A DNA stretch of 43,893 nt from Ideonella sp. (GTDB lineage Bacteria > Pseudomonadota > Gammaproteobacteria > Burkholderiales > Burkholderiaceae_C): positions 1 to 43,893 of the forward strand of contig JBDHSE010000001.1 of assembly GCA_039807955.1 (NCBI GenBank), in the 5' to 3' direction. The first letter of the stretch is position 1. The number at the start of each line of letters is the position of its first letter. Below, piece after piece: positions 26,901 to 35,672 of the stretch. Under the pieces are notes generated by a model. It was not told the origin of the DNA. It ran no database searches and was given only the letters and a program-made list of their open reading frames with translations. Both the position numbers and the translations under genes were made by a program.

Positions 26901-29154
26901 CCTCGCCGCGCTCGGTGCGCCGGCGCTCGACGGTCGAGAGACGCCGTCGCAATGGCGTGAAGCCCTGCAACTCAATGAGAAGGCCTTCTTCATCCTGCTT
27001 CGCGAGTTATCGGATCGGCTCGACCCATCGGCGCATGTGGCCGCGGCATCCGGACTCGGCGGCCTGTTCGGCCGCGAGGGGTCGGCGAGCGCGGGATTGC
27101 CGTTGCAGGCCGGCGCCGTCGGCGCGCTGAAGTCGCTGCTCGAGGAGCGGCCCGAGCTTCGCGTCAAGGCCGTCGATCTGGACCCGTCGCGCAGCGCGGA
27201 CGAGCGGGCGGCCGATCTGCTCGGCGAGATCGAACTCGACGGCGGACGCGTCGAAGTGGGCTACCCCGGCGGCGGGCGCACCGTCTTCGTTACGATCGCC
27301 GAGGATCTGGTCGTCGATCCGGAGCGCGACGCGGCGCTCGAGAACCTCGTCGTCCTGGCCACCGGCGGCGCGCGCGGCATCACCGCCGAGGTGCTGCGCG
27401 AACTGGCGCGGCCGGGGACGACATTCGTGCTCACCGGCCGCAGCCAGCTCGTCCGCAGTGAAGGCGCCGAGACCGCGACGCTGGTGGACGCCGACGCGCT
27501 GCGCGCGCACTTCGTGGCGCAGGTGCGGGCCGGGGCGTCGAAGGCGACGCCGGGCGAGATCCAGCGCCGCGTGCGCAGCCTTCTCGAGCAGCGCGAGATG
27601 CGTGCCAACGTCGCCGATTTCGAAGCGTCCGGCGCGGCGGTCGAGTATCACGTCGTCGACGTCACCGACGAGGACGCGTTGCGCGCCCTGCTGGGCGACG
27701 TTGCGGCCCGCCACGGACGCATCGACGGCGTCGTCCACGGCGCCGGCGTGATCGAGGACAAGCGGCTGGCCGACAAGGCGAGCGACAGCTGGTCGCGCGT
27801 CGTCGACACCAAGGTCATCGGCGCGCTGCTGCTGCAAAAGCATCTCGACGCGGCGGCGCTGAAGTTCTTCACCGTGTTCAGTTCGGTCGCCGGGCGCTAC
27901 GGCAACAGCGGCCAGTCCGACTATGCGACCGCCAACGAATTGATGAACCGGCTGTGTGTTGCGCTTCAGGCGCGCTGGGGCGACCGCGTCGCCGTCAGTG
28001 CGCTGTGCTGGGGCCCCTGGGGTGCGACGAAGTTCGGTACCGGCATGGTCACCGCCGAGACCGAGGCAAAGTTCGCCGAGAAGGGGGTGCAACTCGTGTC
28101 GGCCCCGCTCGGGCGGCGCTTGTTCCGGCAGGAAATTGCGCGTGCTGCGGGCACGCCGGTCGAGGTGATCTGCGGCGTGGGCCCGTGGGAAAGCCGCGAG
28201 GCGGTGCTCGGCGTGATCCGCACGGCGCAGCCTGCGCCCGGACTCGGACCGCTGCTGGGCGCGGTGTCGGCCAGCGCGCTGCCCACCGGCGAGCGGGTGC
28301 TCGCCGTGCATCTCGATCCGAAGCGCCATCTCTACCTCGACGCGCATGTCTTCGACGGCAAGATCGTTCTGCCCGCCGCCGCCGCCCTCGAGCTGATGGC
28401 CGAAGCCGCGCGGGCTCTCTGGCCCGGCTGGCAGATTGCCGAAGTGAGGGAGCACCGCTTGTTGAACGGCGTCGAGGTCGGTCGCGGCGGTCGCGAATTG
28501 CAGGTTCTCGCATCGGTCTCGACGCACTCCACCGAGGTCGGCTTCGATGTCAGCATGGCACTGCAAAGCCGCGTCGGGCCGGATCGGGCGATGACCCACT
28601 ATCGATGCGTCGTCGGCTTTGCGCGCACGCCGCCGCAACCGGACCTCGTCTCGCGCGAGGTGCATGACGAAAGAAGGCTCGCAGCCACCAAGGCGTACGG
28701 CGAGTGGCTGTCGCACGGACCGCGATTGCAGATGATCGAGCACATTGATGGCCTCTCGCCAGGCGGAGCCAGCGCACGGGTGCGCGCGAGTTCACCGGCC
28801 GATTGGCTCGCTGCGGCGAGCGACAACACACCCGGCTGGGTGTTCGATCCCGCGCTGCTCGACGCAGCGGCACAGATGGCGTGGATCTGGACGCGCGCCT
28901 ATCGCGACGAAACCGCGCTGCCGACCCGCTTCGGCCGCGTCACGCGCTATGGCGACCGCCAGCTCCCGGTCGTGTTCATGGAGTACCGGCGCCGCGAAGT
29001 CGACGACGCCCAACTCGTTCGCGGCGATGTGTTCTTCTTCGACGAAGCAGGTCAGCCCGTCATGGCGATCGAGGAACTCGACAGCGTCGCGAGCGCCGCG
29101 TTGAACCGCCTCGGCGGCGGGGCGGCGCGCTCTGCCCAGGATGCCGCGGCATGA
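20932..29154 (+). CDS. Iterative type I FAS/PKS megasynthase: ER-like / ER (NMO/PfaD type) / KS / AT / ACP / KR / DH
   Basis: Approximate domain spans and motifs:
- ER-like 1, 20932-21560: GNEAGGF.
- ER 2, 21880-22900: IVQGPMTRVSD, GRECGGH.
- KS, 22987-24315: DAACASS with Cys at 23548-23550, EAHGTGT, NIGHTKATAG.
- AT, 24649-25560: FPGQGSQ, GHSYGE with Ser at 24970-24972, AAFHS which suggests malonyl.
- Ala/Pro linker.
- ACP, 26335-26580: LGIDSIK with Ser at 26452-26454.
- KR, 26720-28060: TGGARGIT, SDYATAN.
- DH, 28240-29100: HVFDGKIVLP, HGPRLQ, LLDAAAQ.
An alternative start is ATG 20881. Confidence 0.95.
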   Translation: MTDFISFVFTPAGLGDPTLAIAASRAGAVGIYNAELDADTGQIVAALERLAVHAHGGFGVKLDAIGEPVEAKLRLLASRGLGWVVVAVDLVAQHQGLLEGLRQLGVRVLAEVRTAAPLPASITARIDGLLVKGNEAGGFVGEDASFILLQKWLQRGDLPLYLRGGLTPHVAAACSAVGIAGGVLESQLLLLDEVRLPDALRALIGNLAGSETVAVGDGERGEYFRLLVRPALTAARQFTTEGDGLSMDDLRPLVLGRSNWHEPATGLLPIGQEVAFAAPWRRKYGHLGAVLAAIDEAVRSQPRIAAQHPPIAEGAPLARSLGIRFPIVQGPMTRVSDTAEFALAIAEGGALPMVAFAMLKGQALESLLERTKELLGERPWGIGLLGFAPQELLDEQLAIAKRFMPDYAIIAGGRPDQAVHLEQAGVPTFLHVPAASLIATFLHEGARRFIFEGRECGGHIGPLSSFVLWSSMVDRLLAELGPGKVRADEVELLFAGGIHDALSSAMLQVLVAPLVAAGAKVGVLMGSAYLFTQEIVASGSIVPQFQQEVLDCEHTVNLESGPGHASRCAYTPFAHDFFRQRAELKRDGVAPDESRRLLDDLILGRLRTASKGRKRDGMGGKLESLAPEQQRAEGMYMLGQVATLRDAVTDIETLHQEVSAGAAALLSRHLEMPDAVTRRATGSPADIAVVGIAAVLPKANSTSEYWENILAKVDAITEIPSHRWDWRLYFDADRTVKDKVYSKWGGFLDDMAFDPTRFGMPPKSIESVDPMQLMALEVARRTLADAGYAERAFDRERASVILGASGGTGDFGMQYGLRSELPRFSGNLPDEVAARLPQWTEDSFAGILPNVAAGRIANRLNFGGMNLTTDAACASSLAAVYQGVGELMAGRSDFVIAGGIDTVQGPFGYLCFSKTQALSPRGRCSTFDAGGDGIVISEGIAMVALKRLVDAERDGDRIYAVIKGVGASSDGSAKGMTAPLPAGQLRAMRRAYEMAGFGPSTVGLFEAHGTGTVAGDTAELESTTRLIQEEGAAPRSAVIGSVKTNIGHTKATAGVAGLVKALLAVHHRVLPPHCNVSTPNPVLADPTAPLYLIDEPTPWLDAGDAPRRAACSAFGFGGTNFHVVMEEYGAEYRDWLRPPASEHRSAELFVWSADDRAALKARITALETRLAGLDALAPRDLAASLAARWRMRGEVLAIVAGSVADLRTKLAAAIRYANGEVKALPPGVFFGSPSATRGKLAVLFPGQGSQYPGMAREAALHFDVVGEALGAADAALRDAFESRFGAAARLSQFILPRGAYGDDGKALAREKLTRTDVAQPALGAVEVGLLRLMQSLGLEPDMYGGHSYGEFVALHAAGALGFDALMQLSAARGRFIVDAASAAGAELGTMAAVSATRDVVEEAIADIDDVLIANHNAPLQSIISGTHEAVKAAAAKLRQGGVEVTDIAVAAAFHSSLVKPAQQALSELIETLPWSPPRVAVYSNSSGRPHAADVARVKRQMAEHLVSPVEFVAEVEAMHKDGARVFVEVGPKNVLTRLTSRILDGQPHVAVAIDDGSGLSGLLGGIGRLLCAGIALDLAPLFVRRDCRLGDPDDPAALLRVEATPKHAWMLNGSGPRRAAEAVRQVGVTLEQARAGQVAARVPAAPVAPATARTSTAEAAPVILPAAPARTVTPQPWRRSRSMDERRSVSGIADPSVMSEYFATMRQFLETQERVMSTFLGDGAPSRPMLRARPLPALRPIAELPAAPAVAVPAPPPVAAPSVVPVTPAPAAKAVEPAPAAPPAPVQAIAAEVAAPKAGAEALSRDKLLDMLLGIVEEKTGYPRDMVGLDQNLEADLGIDSIKRVEVVGAMLQLLPAAHREALTDSRSKLNTQPTLNGMLDLIDKATVGGSTVPFDLAGVGEQTGAASHPPRLVMRPRQEPLTPAMARRLTPGRFVLTRDSVGVAAALAELLAARGAEVVIVEPDILSSEPALLAFCESLGAAPIAGVVHLAALGAPALDGRETPSQWREALQLNEKAFFILLRELSDRLDPSAHVAAASGLGGLFGREGSASAGLPLQAGAVGALKSLLEERPELRVKAVDLDPSRSADERAADLLGEIELDGGRVEVGYPGGGRTVFVTIAEDLVVDPERDAALENLVVLATGGARGITAEVLRELARPGTTFVLTGRSQLVRSEGAETATLVDADALRAHFVAQVRAGASKATPGEIQRRVRSLLEQREMRANVADFEASGAAVEYHVVDVTDEDALRALLGDVAARHGRIDGVVHGAGVIEDKRLADKASDSWSRVVDTKVIGALLLQKHLDAAALKFFTVFSSVAGRYGNSGQSDYATANELMNRLCVALQARWGDRVAVSALCWGPWGATKFGTGMVTAETEAKFAEKGVQLVSAPLGRRLFRQEIARAAGTPVEVICGVGPWESREAVLGVIRTAQPAPGLGPLLGAVSASALPTGERVLAVHLDPKRHLYLDAHVFDGKIVLPAAAALELMAEAARALWPGWQIAEVREHRLLNGVEVGRGGRELQVLASVSTHSTEVGFDVSMALQSRVGPDRAMTHYRCVVGFARTPPQPDLVSREVHDERRLAATKAYGEWLSHGPRLQMIEHIDGLSPGGASARVRASSPADWLAAASDNTPGWVFDPALLDAAAQMAWIWTRAYRDETALPTRFGRVTRYGDRQLPVVFMEYRRREVDDAQLVRGDVFFFDEAGQPVMAIEELDSVASAALNRLGGGAARSAQDAAA

Positions 29155-32100
29155 ACGAATCGACGCTCGACCAGCCGGCGCCGATCGCGATCATCGGCAT
29201 GGCCTGCATGTTCGCGCAGGCGCCCGATCTGCAGACGTTCTGGAACAACATCCTCGCCGGCGTCGACGCGATCGGCGAGCCGGTCGAGAACTGGGGTGCG
29301 CAGCGTTACCTCGACGCGGGCCGCATCAAGACCCAGTTCGGCGGCTATCTGAAGGACCTCTATCGCTTCGACCCGCGCGCGTTCGGGATCATGCCGAATT
29401 CGCTCGACGGCGGCGAGCCGGACCAGTTCATTGCCTTGCGCGTGGCGAGCGACGCGCTCGCCGATGCCGGCTACCTGGGCGCCGGATTCGACCATTCGGA
29501 TACCGGCATCATCCTCGGCCACAGCACCTACCTGCATCGCGGGCAGGGCACGATCATCCAGAACGACATCGGTGTCGATCAGACGATGGACGTCGTCTGC
29601 GCGATGCTGCCGCAGCTCGACGCCGACAAGCGGGCGCGGATCCGGGCCATGCTCGAGGCGACGATCCCGCCGATGACGCCCGACATCGCGCCCGGCCTCG
29701 TGCCCAACGTGATGACCGGGCGCATCGCGAACCGGCTCGATCTGCACGGGCCGAACTATCTGGTCGACGCCGCCTGCTCGTCGTCGCTGCTCGCCGTCAG
29801 CGCGGCGATCGACGAGTTGCGCGCCGGTCGCAGCCGCATGATGCTCGCCGGCGGCGTGAACGCGTCACTGCCAGCCGACGTGACGACGATCTTCACCCAG
29901 CTCGGTGCGTTGAGCGCGCGCGGCAAGGTCAGGCCATTCGAGGCCGGCAGCGACGGCACGCTGCTCGGCGAGGGCCTGGGCGTGGTCGTTCTCAAGCGGC
30001 TGGCCGACGCGCTGGCCGACGGCGACCGCGTCTACGCCGTGCTGCGCGGCGTCGGCCAGTCGAGCGACGGGCGCGGCACCGGCCTGCTCGCGCCGAGCCA
30101 GGAAGGCGAGACGCTCGCCATCCGGCGCGCCTATCAGGCTTCGGGCATCGATCCGGCGAGCGTCAGCCTCGTCGAGGCGCACGGCACCGGCATCCCGCTC
30201 GGCGACCGCACCGAGATCGCGTCGCTGAAGGCGGTGTTCGGCGAGCGCAGGACGCCGATCGGCGTCAAGGCGCTCGGCTCGGTGAAGTCGATGATCAGCC
30301 ACTGCATCCCGGCCGCCGGCGTCGCGAGCCTGATCAAGATGGCGCTGTCGCTGCATCACAGGGTCCTGCCGCCGACGCTGTGCGACGCGGTCAACCCCGA
30401 ACTCGGCATCGACGCGACGCCGTTCTACGTCAACACGCAGGCCGCGCCGTGGATCACGCACCTGGACAGCCCGCGCCGCGCGGCGGTCAACGCGTTCGGC
30501 TTCGGCGGCACGAATGCGCACGCCATCATCGAGCAGGCGCCGGCCGAGGCGCGCACCCCGCCGCGGCTCGGCGCCTGGCCGGCCGAGCTGTGCGTGCTGT
30601 CGGCCGACAGCGACGCGGCGCTCGTCGCCCGCCTTGAGGCGCTGGGTACGGCGTTGGCACGCCGTCCCGACTGGCGGCTGGCGGAAGTGGCGGCCGCGCT
30701 GGCGCGCGACGATCGCGCGCAGGCGCACCGCATCGCGATCGTCGCGACCGACACCACGGCGTTGGCCAAGCGCATCGAGCAGGTGCTGCAACGGATGCGC
30801 GAAGGCCGTGCCAGCGATCGCTGGACGGCGCGCGGCGGCGTTGCCTACGGCAGTCAGCGCGTCGACGGCAAGCTCGCCTTTCTCTTCCCCGGCGAGGGCT
30901 CGCAGTATCCGGCGATGTTCGCGGGGCTCGCGATGTGCTTCGACGTGGTCCAGCAATGGCTCGACTTCTGGCACGGCCTCTACGAACTGCCGCCCGGCCA
31001 GACGCGCACCGACATCGTCTTTCCGACATCGGAGATCGGCGCCGAGCGCCGGCGCGAACTCGAGCAGCGCATGCAGGACATGGACGTCGGCTCCGAGTCG
31101 GTGTTCATCGGCGACATGGCGATGCACGAACTGCTCGTCTCGCTCGGCGTCGAGCCCGACGCGATGCTCGGCCACAGTTCGGGCGAGTCGGCCGCGCTCG
31201 CCGCGTGCGGTGCGAATCCGGCGCTCACGCCGGCCGAGCGCGCGTACTGCATCAGCCGCCACTTCGCCGTCTATGAGGAACTGCTCGCCGCCGGCAAGAT
31301 CCCGACCGGCGCGTTGCTCGCCGTCGGCGCGCTGCCGCCGGCGACCGTCGAATCGCTCGTCGCGCAGGCCGGCGACGTGGTTGTCGCGATGGACAACTGC
31401 AGCAACCAGATGGTGCTCTACGGCAGCCACGACGGCATTGCCCGCGTCCACGCGCTGCTGACGCAGGAGGGCGGCATCTGCCTGCCGCTGCCGTTCGACC
31501 GCGGCTATCACACGTCGGTGTTCAGCGACGTGAGCGCCGCCTTCCTGCAGTACTACAAGGACGTGAAGGTCGGACGACCGGTGATTCCGCTGTATTCCTG
31601 CGCGTCGGCCGACCTGTTCCCGACGAATCCGTCAGCGGTGCGCAAGCTCGCGGCGGCGCAGTGGTCGAAGAAGGTGCGCTTTCGCGAGACGGTGCTCAAG
31701 ATGCACGACGACGGGGTGCGCCTGTTCGTCGAAGTCGGCCCGTCGGCCAAGCTCACCGCATTCGTGAACGACATCCTGATCGATCGCGATTTCATCTCGG
31801 TGTCGACCAACGTGCGGCGCAAGAACGACGTCGAGCAGTTTCTCGCCGTCCTCGGACAGCTCTACGTCGCCGGCCGCGGCCCGGCCCTGGAGCGGCTGTT
31901 CGAGTCGAGAGCGATCGCCGCGATCGACCTCGAAGGCCCGGCGCCGGCACCGCGCGGCGTGCTGCTCGACAACACGATGCCGATGCTGCGGCTCGGCGCC
32001 GCGCAGCGTGAGACCCTGCGCCAGTTGGCCGCACCGCCACCGGCGGCGCCCGCCCCGAGCAAGGATGGGGCGCAGCCGTACGTGCAGCCGATGGCCGCCG

Positions 32101-33965
32101 GCAGCGATGCAGCGGTATCCGGCAACGACGCGCGCCTGTCCGTGATGGCCGACTACTTCGACCTGATGCGCGGCTTTCTGGATCAGCAGCGGGCGCTCGT
32201 CGAGGGCCTGTCGTCTCGATCTGTCCTGTCGGCGGCCGACGCCGCCGCGACGGCGCCACAATGGGCCTCGACACATGCACGCGACAGTCTGACGCCGCTG
32301 CTCGACGAGATCGTCGAGGCCGACGATTCGCATGTCGTCGCGCGCTGCGTCGTCAGCCTTGCGAACGACAACTTCATCCGCGACCATGTGATGTCGGGCC
32401 CGGTGTCGGAGGCGGACTCCGGGTTGTTCGGTCTGTCGTGCGTGCCGTTCACTGTCAGCCTCGAGGTCATGGCCGAAGCCTGCGCGCTGCTCGCGGGGCG
32501 CACCGACGTGAAAGTGATCGAGAACGTCAAGGCGCTCGACTGGGTCGCGCTCGATGAAGGCGAGCTGGGCTTCGAGGTGCGCGCCGACGTGCTCGACCGG
32601 GCGCGCGGCCGCTATGCGGCGCGCGTGATCACGGCGCGCGGCGCGGTGCTGACGGCGGAGATCTGTTTCGAGGCCGACTGGCAGTTGCCGGCGATGGCGC
32701 CGCTTGGCGATCCGCGCGAATCCTGCCTCAACGAACCGGACCTGTACGCGACCGGCATGTTTCACGGGCCGGTCTTCCAGTCGATGGCGCACGCCCAGGC
32801 CTGGGACGACAGCGGCATCGATGTCGAGCTCTCCGAGGTCGGGCTGCGCGACTTCTTCGCCGTCGGTCACACGCCGCAACTCGTGTTGAACCCGGTGCTG
32901 CTCGACGCGATGGGGCAGATCGTGGCGCTGTGGTACGCGCAGTACATCGGCACCCAGTTCCATGCCTTCCCGTCGACTATCGCGCGCATCGAACTGCACG
33001 AGCACTGCCCGAGCGACCGTGCCGGGATCGTGATGCGCACCCGGCAGCGGCCGCTGGACGCCGACGAGATTGCACTCTCGGCGCCGCGTGCGTTCCAGTT
33101 CGAATGCGTCGACGGCGAAGGCCGTCTGCTGCTGCGTGCGCAGGACCTGGTCAACATCTTCTTCGTCGTTCCGCCGGCCTACCACGACGTTCGCACCGAT
33201 CCGCTCAATGGCTGGCTCGGCCAGCCCCTGCCGCTGCTGCCCGATGCCGGCGTCGCGCTGTGGGAAGTGCCGCTGATGTCCGAGGAGTTCTGCTCGCAGT
33301 CGGGCGGCATCTGCCTGCGCATCATGGCGCACGCCTTGCTCGCGCCGGCCGAGCGCGACGAGTGGTACGCGCTGCAGGGCAGGCTGCGGCGCCGCCGTGA
33401 ATGGCTGTTCGGGCGTGCCGCGCTGAAGGAGGCGGTGCGGCTGTGGGTCGCCGAACAGACGGGGCATCTGCTGCACCCGACCGACATCGTCGTCGAGCAC
33501 GACGCCCAGGGCGCGCCGATCGTCGGCGGTGCATGGCGCGACAGTCTGATCGCCGCGCCGCGCGTCTCGTTGGCACACAACGCGGACACCTGTCTGGCCG
33601 CGATCGCCGCGCCCGACAGACCCGTCGGCGTCGACCTCGAAGCGCTCGGGCGCATCACCCGGCCCGAGCATCTCGCCGATTCGCTTGCGCCGCAGGAACA
33701 GCCGCGCGTCCAGGGTCTGTCCGGGCCGGCTCTTGACGAGCGCCTGCTGCGCCTGTGGTGCGCGAAGGAGGCGGCGGCGAAGTATCTGGGCACCGGTCTG
33801 CAGGGAAGGCCCGGCGATTTCGTCGTCGTCGCTGCCGACGCGGACTGTGAAAAGCTCCTCGTCCGGCACGGTGTCGCCACGGTCGAGGCACACGTCGTGC
33901 GACACGACGCTAGGATCATCGCCCTTGCCGGGCATCAAAGCGTCAACATGGAAGTCCACGGATGA
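29151..33965 (+). CDS. Type I FAS/PKS megasynthase: KS / atypical AT / DH / C-terminal Sfp-type PPTase
   Basis: ATGA overlap with the upstream synthase. Approximate domain spans and motifs:
- KS, 29184-30540: DAACSSS with Cys at 29775-29777, EAHGTGI, SMISHCIPAAG.
- AT, 30872-31780: FPGEGSQ, GHSSGE, and RGYHTS where HAFH/YASH normally sits.
- DH, 32290-33180: IRDHVMSG, MFHGPVFQ, LLDAMGQ.
- PPTase, 33310-33962: FGRAALKEA, VGVDLE, WCAKEAAAK. Confidence 0.95.
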   Translation: MNESTLDQPAPIAIIGMACMFAQAPDLQTFWNNILAGVDAIGEPVENWGAQRYLDAGRIKTQFGGYLKDLYRFDPRAFGIMPNSLDGGEPDQFIALRVASDALADAGYLGAGFDHSDTGIILGHSTYLHRGQGTIIQNDIGVDQTMDVVCAMLPQLDADKRARIRAMLEATIPPMTPDIAPGLVPNVMTGRIANRLDLHGPNYLVDAACSSSLLAVSAAIDELRAGRSRMMLAGGVNASLPADVTTIFTQLGALSARGKVRPFEAGSDGTLLGEGLGVVVLKRLADALADGDRVYAVLRGVGQSSDGRGTGLLAPSQEGETLAIRRAYQASGIDPASVSLVEAHGTGIPLGDRTEIASLKAVFGERRTPIGVKALGSVKSMISHCIPAAGVASLIKMALSLHHRVLPPTLCDAVNPELGIDATPFYVNTQAAPWITHLDSPRRAAVNAFGFGGTNAHAIIEQAPAEARTPPRLGAWPAELCVLSADSDAALVARLEALGTALARRPDWRLAEVAAALARDDRAQAHRIAIVATDTTALAKRIEQVLQRMREGRASDRWTARGGVAYGSQRVDGKLAFLFPGEGSQYPAMFAGLAMCFDVVQQWLDFWHGLYELPPGQTRTDIVFPTSEIGAERRRELEQRMQDMDVGSESVFIGDMAMHELLVSLGVEPDAMLGHSSGESAALAACGANPALTPAERAYCISRHFAVYEELLAAGKIPTGALLAVGALPPATVESLVAQAGDVVVAMDNCSNQMVLYGSHDGIARVHALLTQEGGICLPLPFDRGYHTSVFSDVSAAFLQYYKDVKVGRPVIPLYSCASADLFPTNPSAVRKLAAAQWSKKVRFRETVLKMHDDGVRLFVEVGPSAKLTAFVNDILIDRDFISVSTNVRRKNDVEQFLAVLGQLYVAGRGPALERLFESRAIAAIDLEGPAPAPRGVLLDNTMPMLRLGAAQRETLRQLAAPPPAAPAPSKDGAQPYVQPMAAGSDAAVSGNDARLSVMADYFDLMRGFLDQQRALVEGLSSRSVLSAADAAATAPQWASTHARDSLTPLLDEIVEADDSHVVARCVVSLANDNFIRDHVMSGPVSEADSGLFGLSCVPFTVSLEVMAEACALLAGRTDVKVIENVKALDWVALDEGELGFEVRADVLDRARGRYAARVITARGAVLTAEICFEADWQLPAMAPLGDPRESCLNEPDLYATGMFHGPVFQSMAHAQAWDDSGIDVELSEVGLRDFFAVGHTPQLVLNPVLLDAMGQIVALWYAQYIGTQFHAFPSTIARIELHEHCPSDRAGIVMRTRQRPLDADEIALSAPRAFQFECVDGEGRLLLRAQDLVNIFFVVPPAYHDVRTDPLNGWLGQPLPLLPDAGVALWEVPLMSEEFCSQSGGICLRIMAHALLAPAERDEWYALQGRLRRRREWLFGRAALKEAVRLWVAEQTGHLLHPTDIVVEHDAQGAPIVGGAWRDSLIAAPRVSLAHNADTCLAAIAAPDRPVGVDLEALGRITRPEHLADSLAPQEQPRVQGLSGPALDERLLRLWCAKEAAAKYLGTGLQGRPGDFVVVAADADCEKLLVRHGVATVEAHVVRHDARIIALAGHQSVNMEVHG

Positions 33966-34050
33966 GCGAATCGAACCATCGCAACGTCGAACACACGGCC
34001 GCGCCGCAATGCGCAGCGGCGCGCCGGCTCCGCATCGAAGGATTCAGGTC

Positions 34051-35658
34051 ATGACCGTTCGCACCCTCTTCATCGGCATGGACGGTGCCACGTTCACCAT
34101 CCTCGACGAACTGACCAAGGCCGCACCCGACAGCGCGAGCGGCCCGGTGATGCCGTTCATGGCGCGCATCTTCAAGGAAGGCACGCGCGCCAAGCTGCGC
34201 TCGACGCCGAATCCGCTGACGCCGCCGGCGTGGGTCTCGTTGATGACCGGCCGCGGCCCCGGGCATCACGGCGTCTACGACTTCGTGCGCGCCGAGGAAC
34301 GCGGCGACAAGGTCTTCATGACGCTGTTCGACGCCCGCGACTGCCGCGTCGAGACGATCTGGTCGATCGCGAGCCGGCAAGGCAAGCGCATCGCGGCGCT
34401 CAACTTCCCGTTTACCGCGCCGCCGCCGAGCGACCTCAACGGCCTCATCGTTCCGGGCTTCGTGCCGGCGCGCCACCTGCGCCGCAACACCTATCCGCCC
34501 GAGCTGTACGACCGCCTGAAGAAGATCCCCGACTTCAATGCGACCGAGCTCGCCTGGGACTTTGACCAGGAACAGCAGGCCGGCTACGAACTCAGCGAGC
34601 AGGATCGCGAGGCGTGGGTGCGCTACCACCTGCCGCGCGAGATGCAGTGGTTCCGCGTCGCCGAGTACCTGATGCGCGAAGAGGCGCCGGACCTGATGGC
34701 GGTTCTCTTCGACGGCGTCGACAAGCTGCAGCACCAGGCCTGGCAGTACCTCGACCCGCGCCTGCCGCAGGACGGCATGGGCGAGTACCACGCCCGCATG
34801 CGCAAGCTCTCGCTCGCCTACTTCGCCCAGCTCGACAGCTTCGTCGAGCGCCTCGTCACCGCCGCCGGCCCCGATGTGCAGGTCTTCTTCGCATCGGACC
34901 ACGGCTTCACGGCGTCGACCGAGGTCGTTCGCATCAACGCCTACCTCGCCGAGAAGGGCTACGTCCACTTCAAGCCGATGCCCGAGGGCACCGAGGGCTT
35001 CAACGTCAGCAAGAGCTATTTCGCGTACCTCGACTGGACGAAGACGACGGCCTACTGCCGCACGCCGTCGTGCAACGGCATCACGATCCGCGTCGCGCGC
35101 CAGCCGGGCGAGACCGGCATCGACCCGAAGGACTACGAGAAGGTGCGCGCGCGTCTGATCCGCGACCTCGAGGAGCTGAAGGACGCCGAGACCGGCGAGC
35201 GCATCATCACCGAGATCCACATGCGCGAGGACGTGTTTCCCGGCGCGGCGATGCACGACGCGCCCGACCTGCAACTCGTGCTGCGCGACTTCGGTTTCGT
35301 TTCGGTACGCAACATCCTGCCGATCGTCCAGAAGCGCAACTACGTCGTCGGCACCCACCATCCGGAGGGCGTCTTCATGGCCTACGGCCCGGGCATCGCG
35401 GCCGGCAAGCTGATCGGCAGGCGCCACATCACCGACGTCGCGTCGACACTGCTTTACAGCGTCGGGCTGCCCGTGCCGTCGGACTTCGAGGGGGTCGTGC
35501 CGCCGGCGATGTTCACCGACGAACACAAGGCGGCGCATCCGATCGAGATCGGCGCCCCGACCCAGGGTGGCGCCAACACCAGCCTGACCGAGGCGATGGA
35601 CGAGGACGAGAAGAAGCAGATCATGGATCAGCTGCAGATGCTCGGCTACATGGAATAA
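34051..35658 (+). CDS. Type I phosphodiesterase/nucleotide pyrophosphatase (NPP) family protein, alkaline-phosphatase superfamily
   Basis: FIGMDGATF is the metal Asp strand. LTPPAWVSLMTGRGPGHHGV is the Thr nucleophile loop, matching the NPP pattern T-x-P....TG..P..HG. FFASDHGF is the C-terminal metal ligand motif. Confidence 0.8.
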   Translation: MTVRTLFIGMDGATFTILDELTKAAPDSASGPVMPFMARIFKEGTRAKLRSTPNPLTPPAWVSLMTGRGPGHHGVYDFVRAEERGDKVFMTLFDARDCRVETIWSIASRQGKRIAALNFPFTAPPPSDLNGLIVPGFVPARHLRRNTYPPELYDRLKKIPDFNATELAWDFDQEQQAGYELSEQDREAWVRYHLPREMQWFRVAEYLMREEAPDLMAVLFDGVDKLQHQAWQYLDPRLPQDGMGEYHARMRKLSLAYFAQLDSFVERLVTAAGPDVQVFFASDHGFTASTEVVRINAYLAEKGYVHFKPMPEGTEGFNVSKSYFAYLDWTKTTAYCRTPSCNGITIRVARQPGETGIDPKDYEKVRARLIRDLEELKDAETGERIITEIHMREDVFPGAAMHDAPDLQLVLRDFGFVSVRNILPIVQKRNYVVGTHHPEGVFMAYGPGIAAGKLIGRRHITDVASTLLYSVGLPVPSDFEGVVPPAMFTDEHKAAHPIEIGAPTQGGANTSLTEAMDEDEKKQIMDQLQMLGYME

Positions 35659-35672
35659 CGGAACCGCCAACG

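Noticed and set aside
20932-33965. Interpretation as a bona fide PUFA (EPA/DHA) synthase.
   Set aside because: There is no FabA-type dehydratase/isomerase, no tandem ACP array, no CLF and no separate PfaB. An in-cis ER and PKS-type DH domains point to a different, probably saturated or hydroxylated product.
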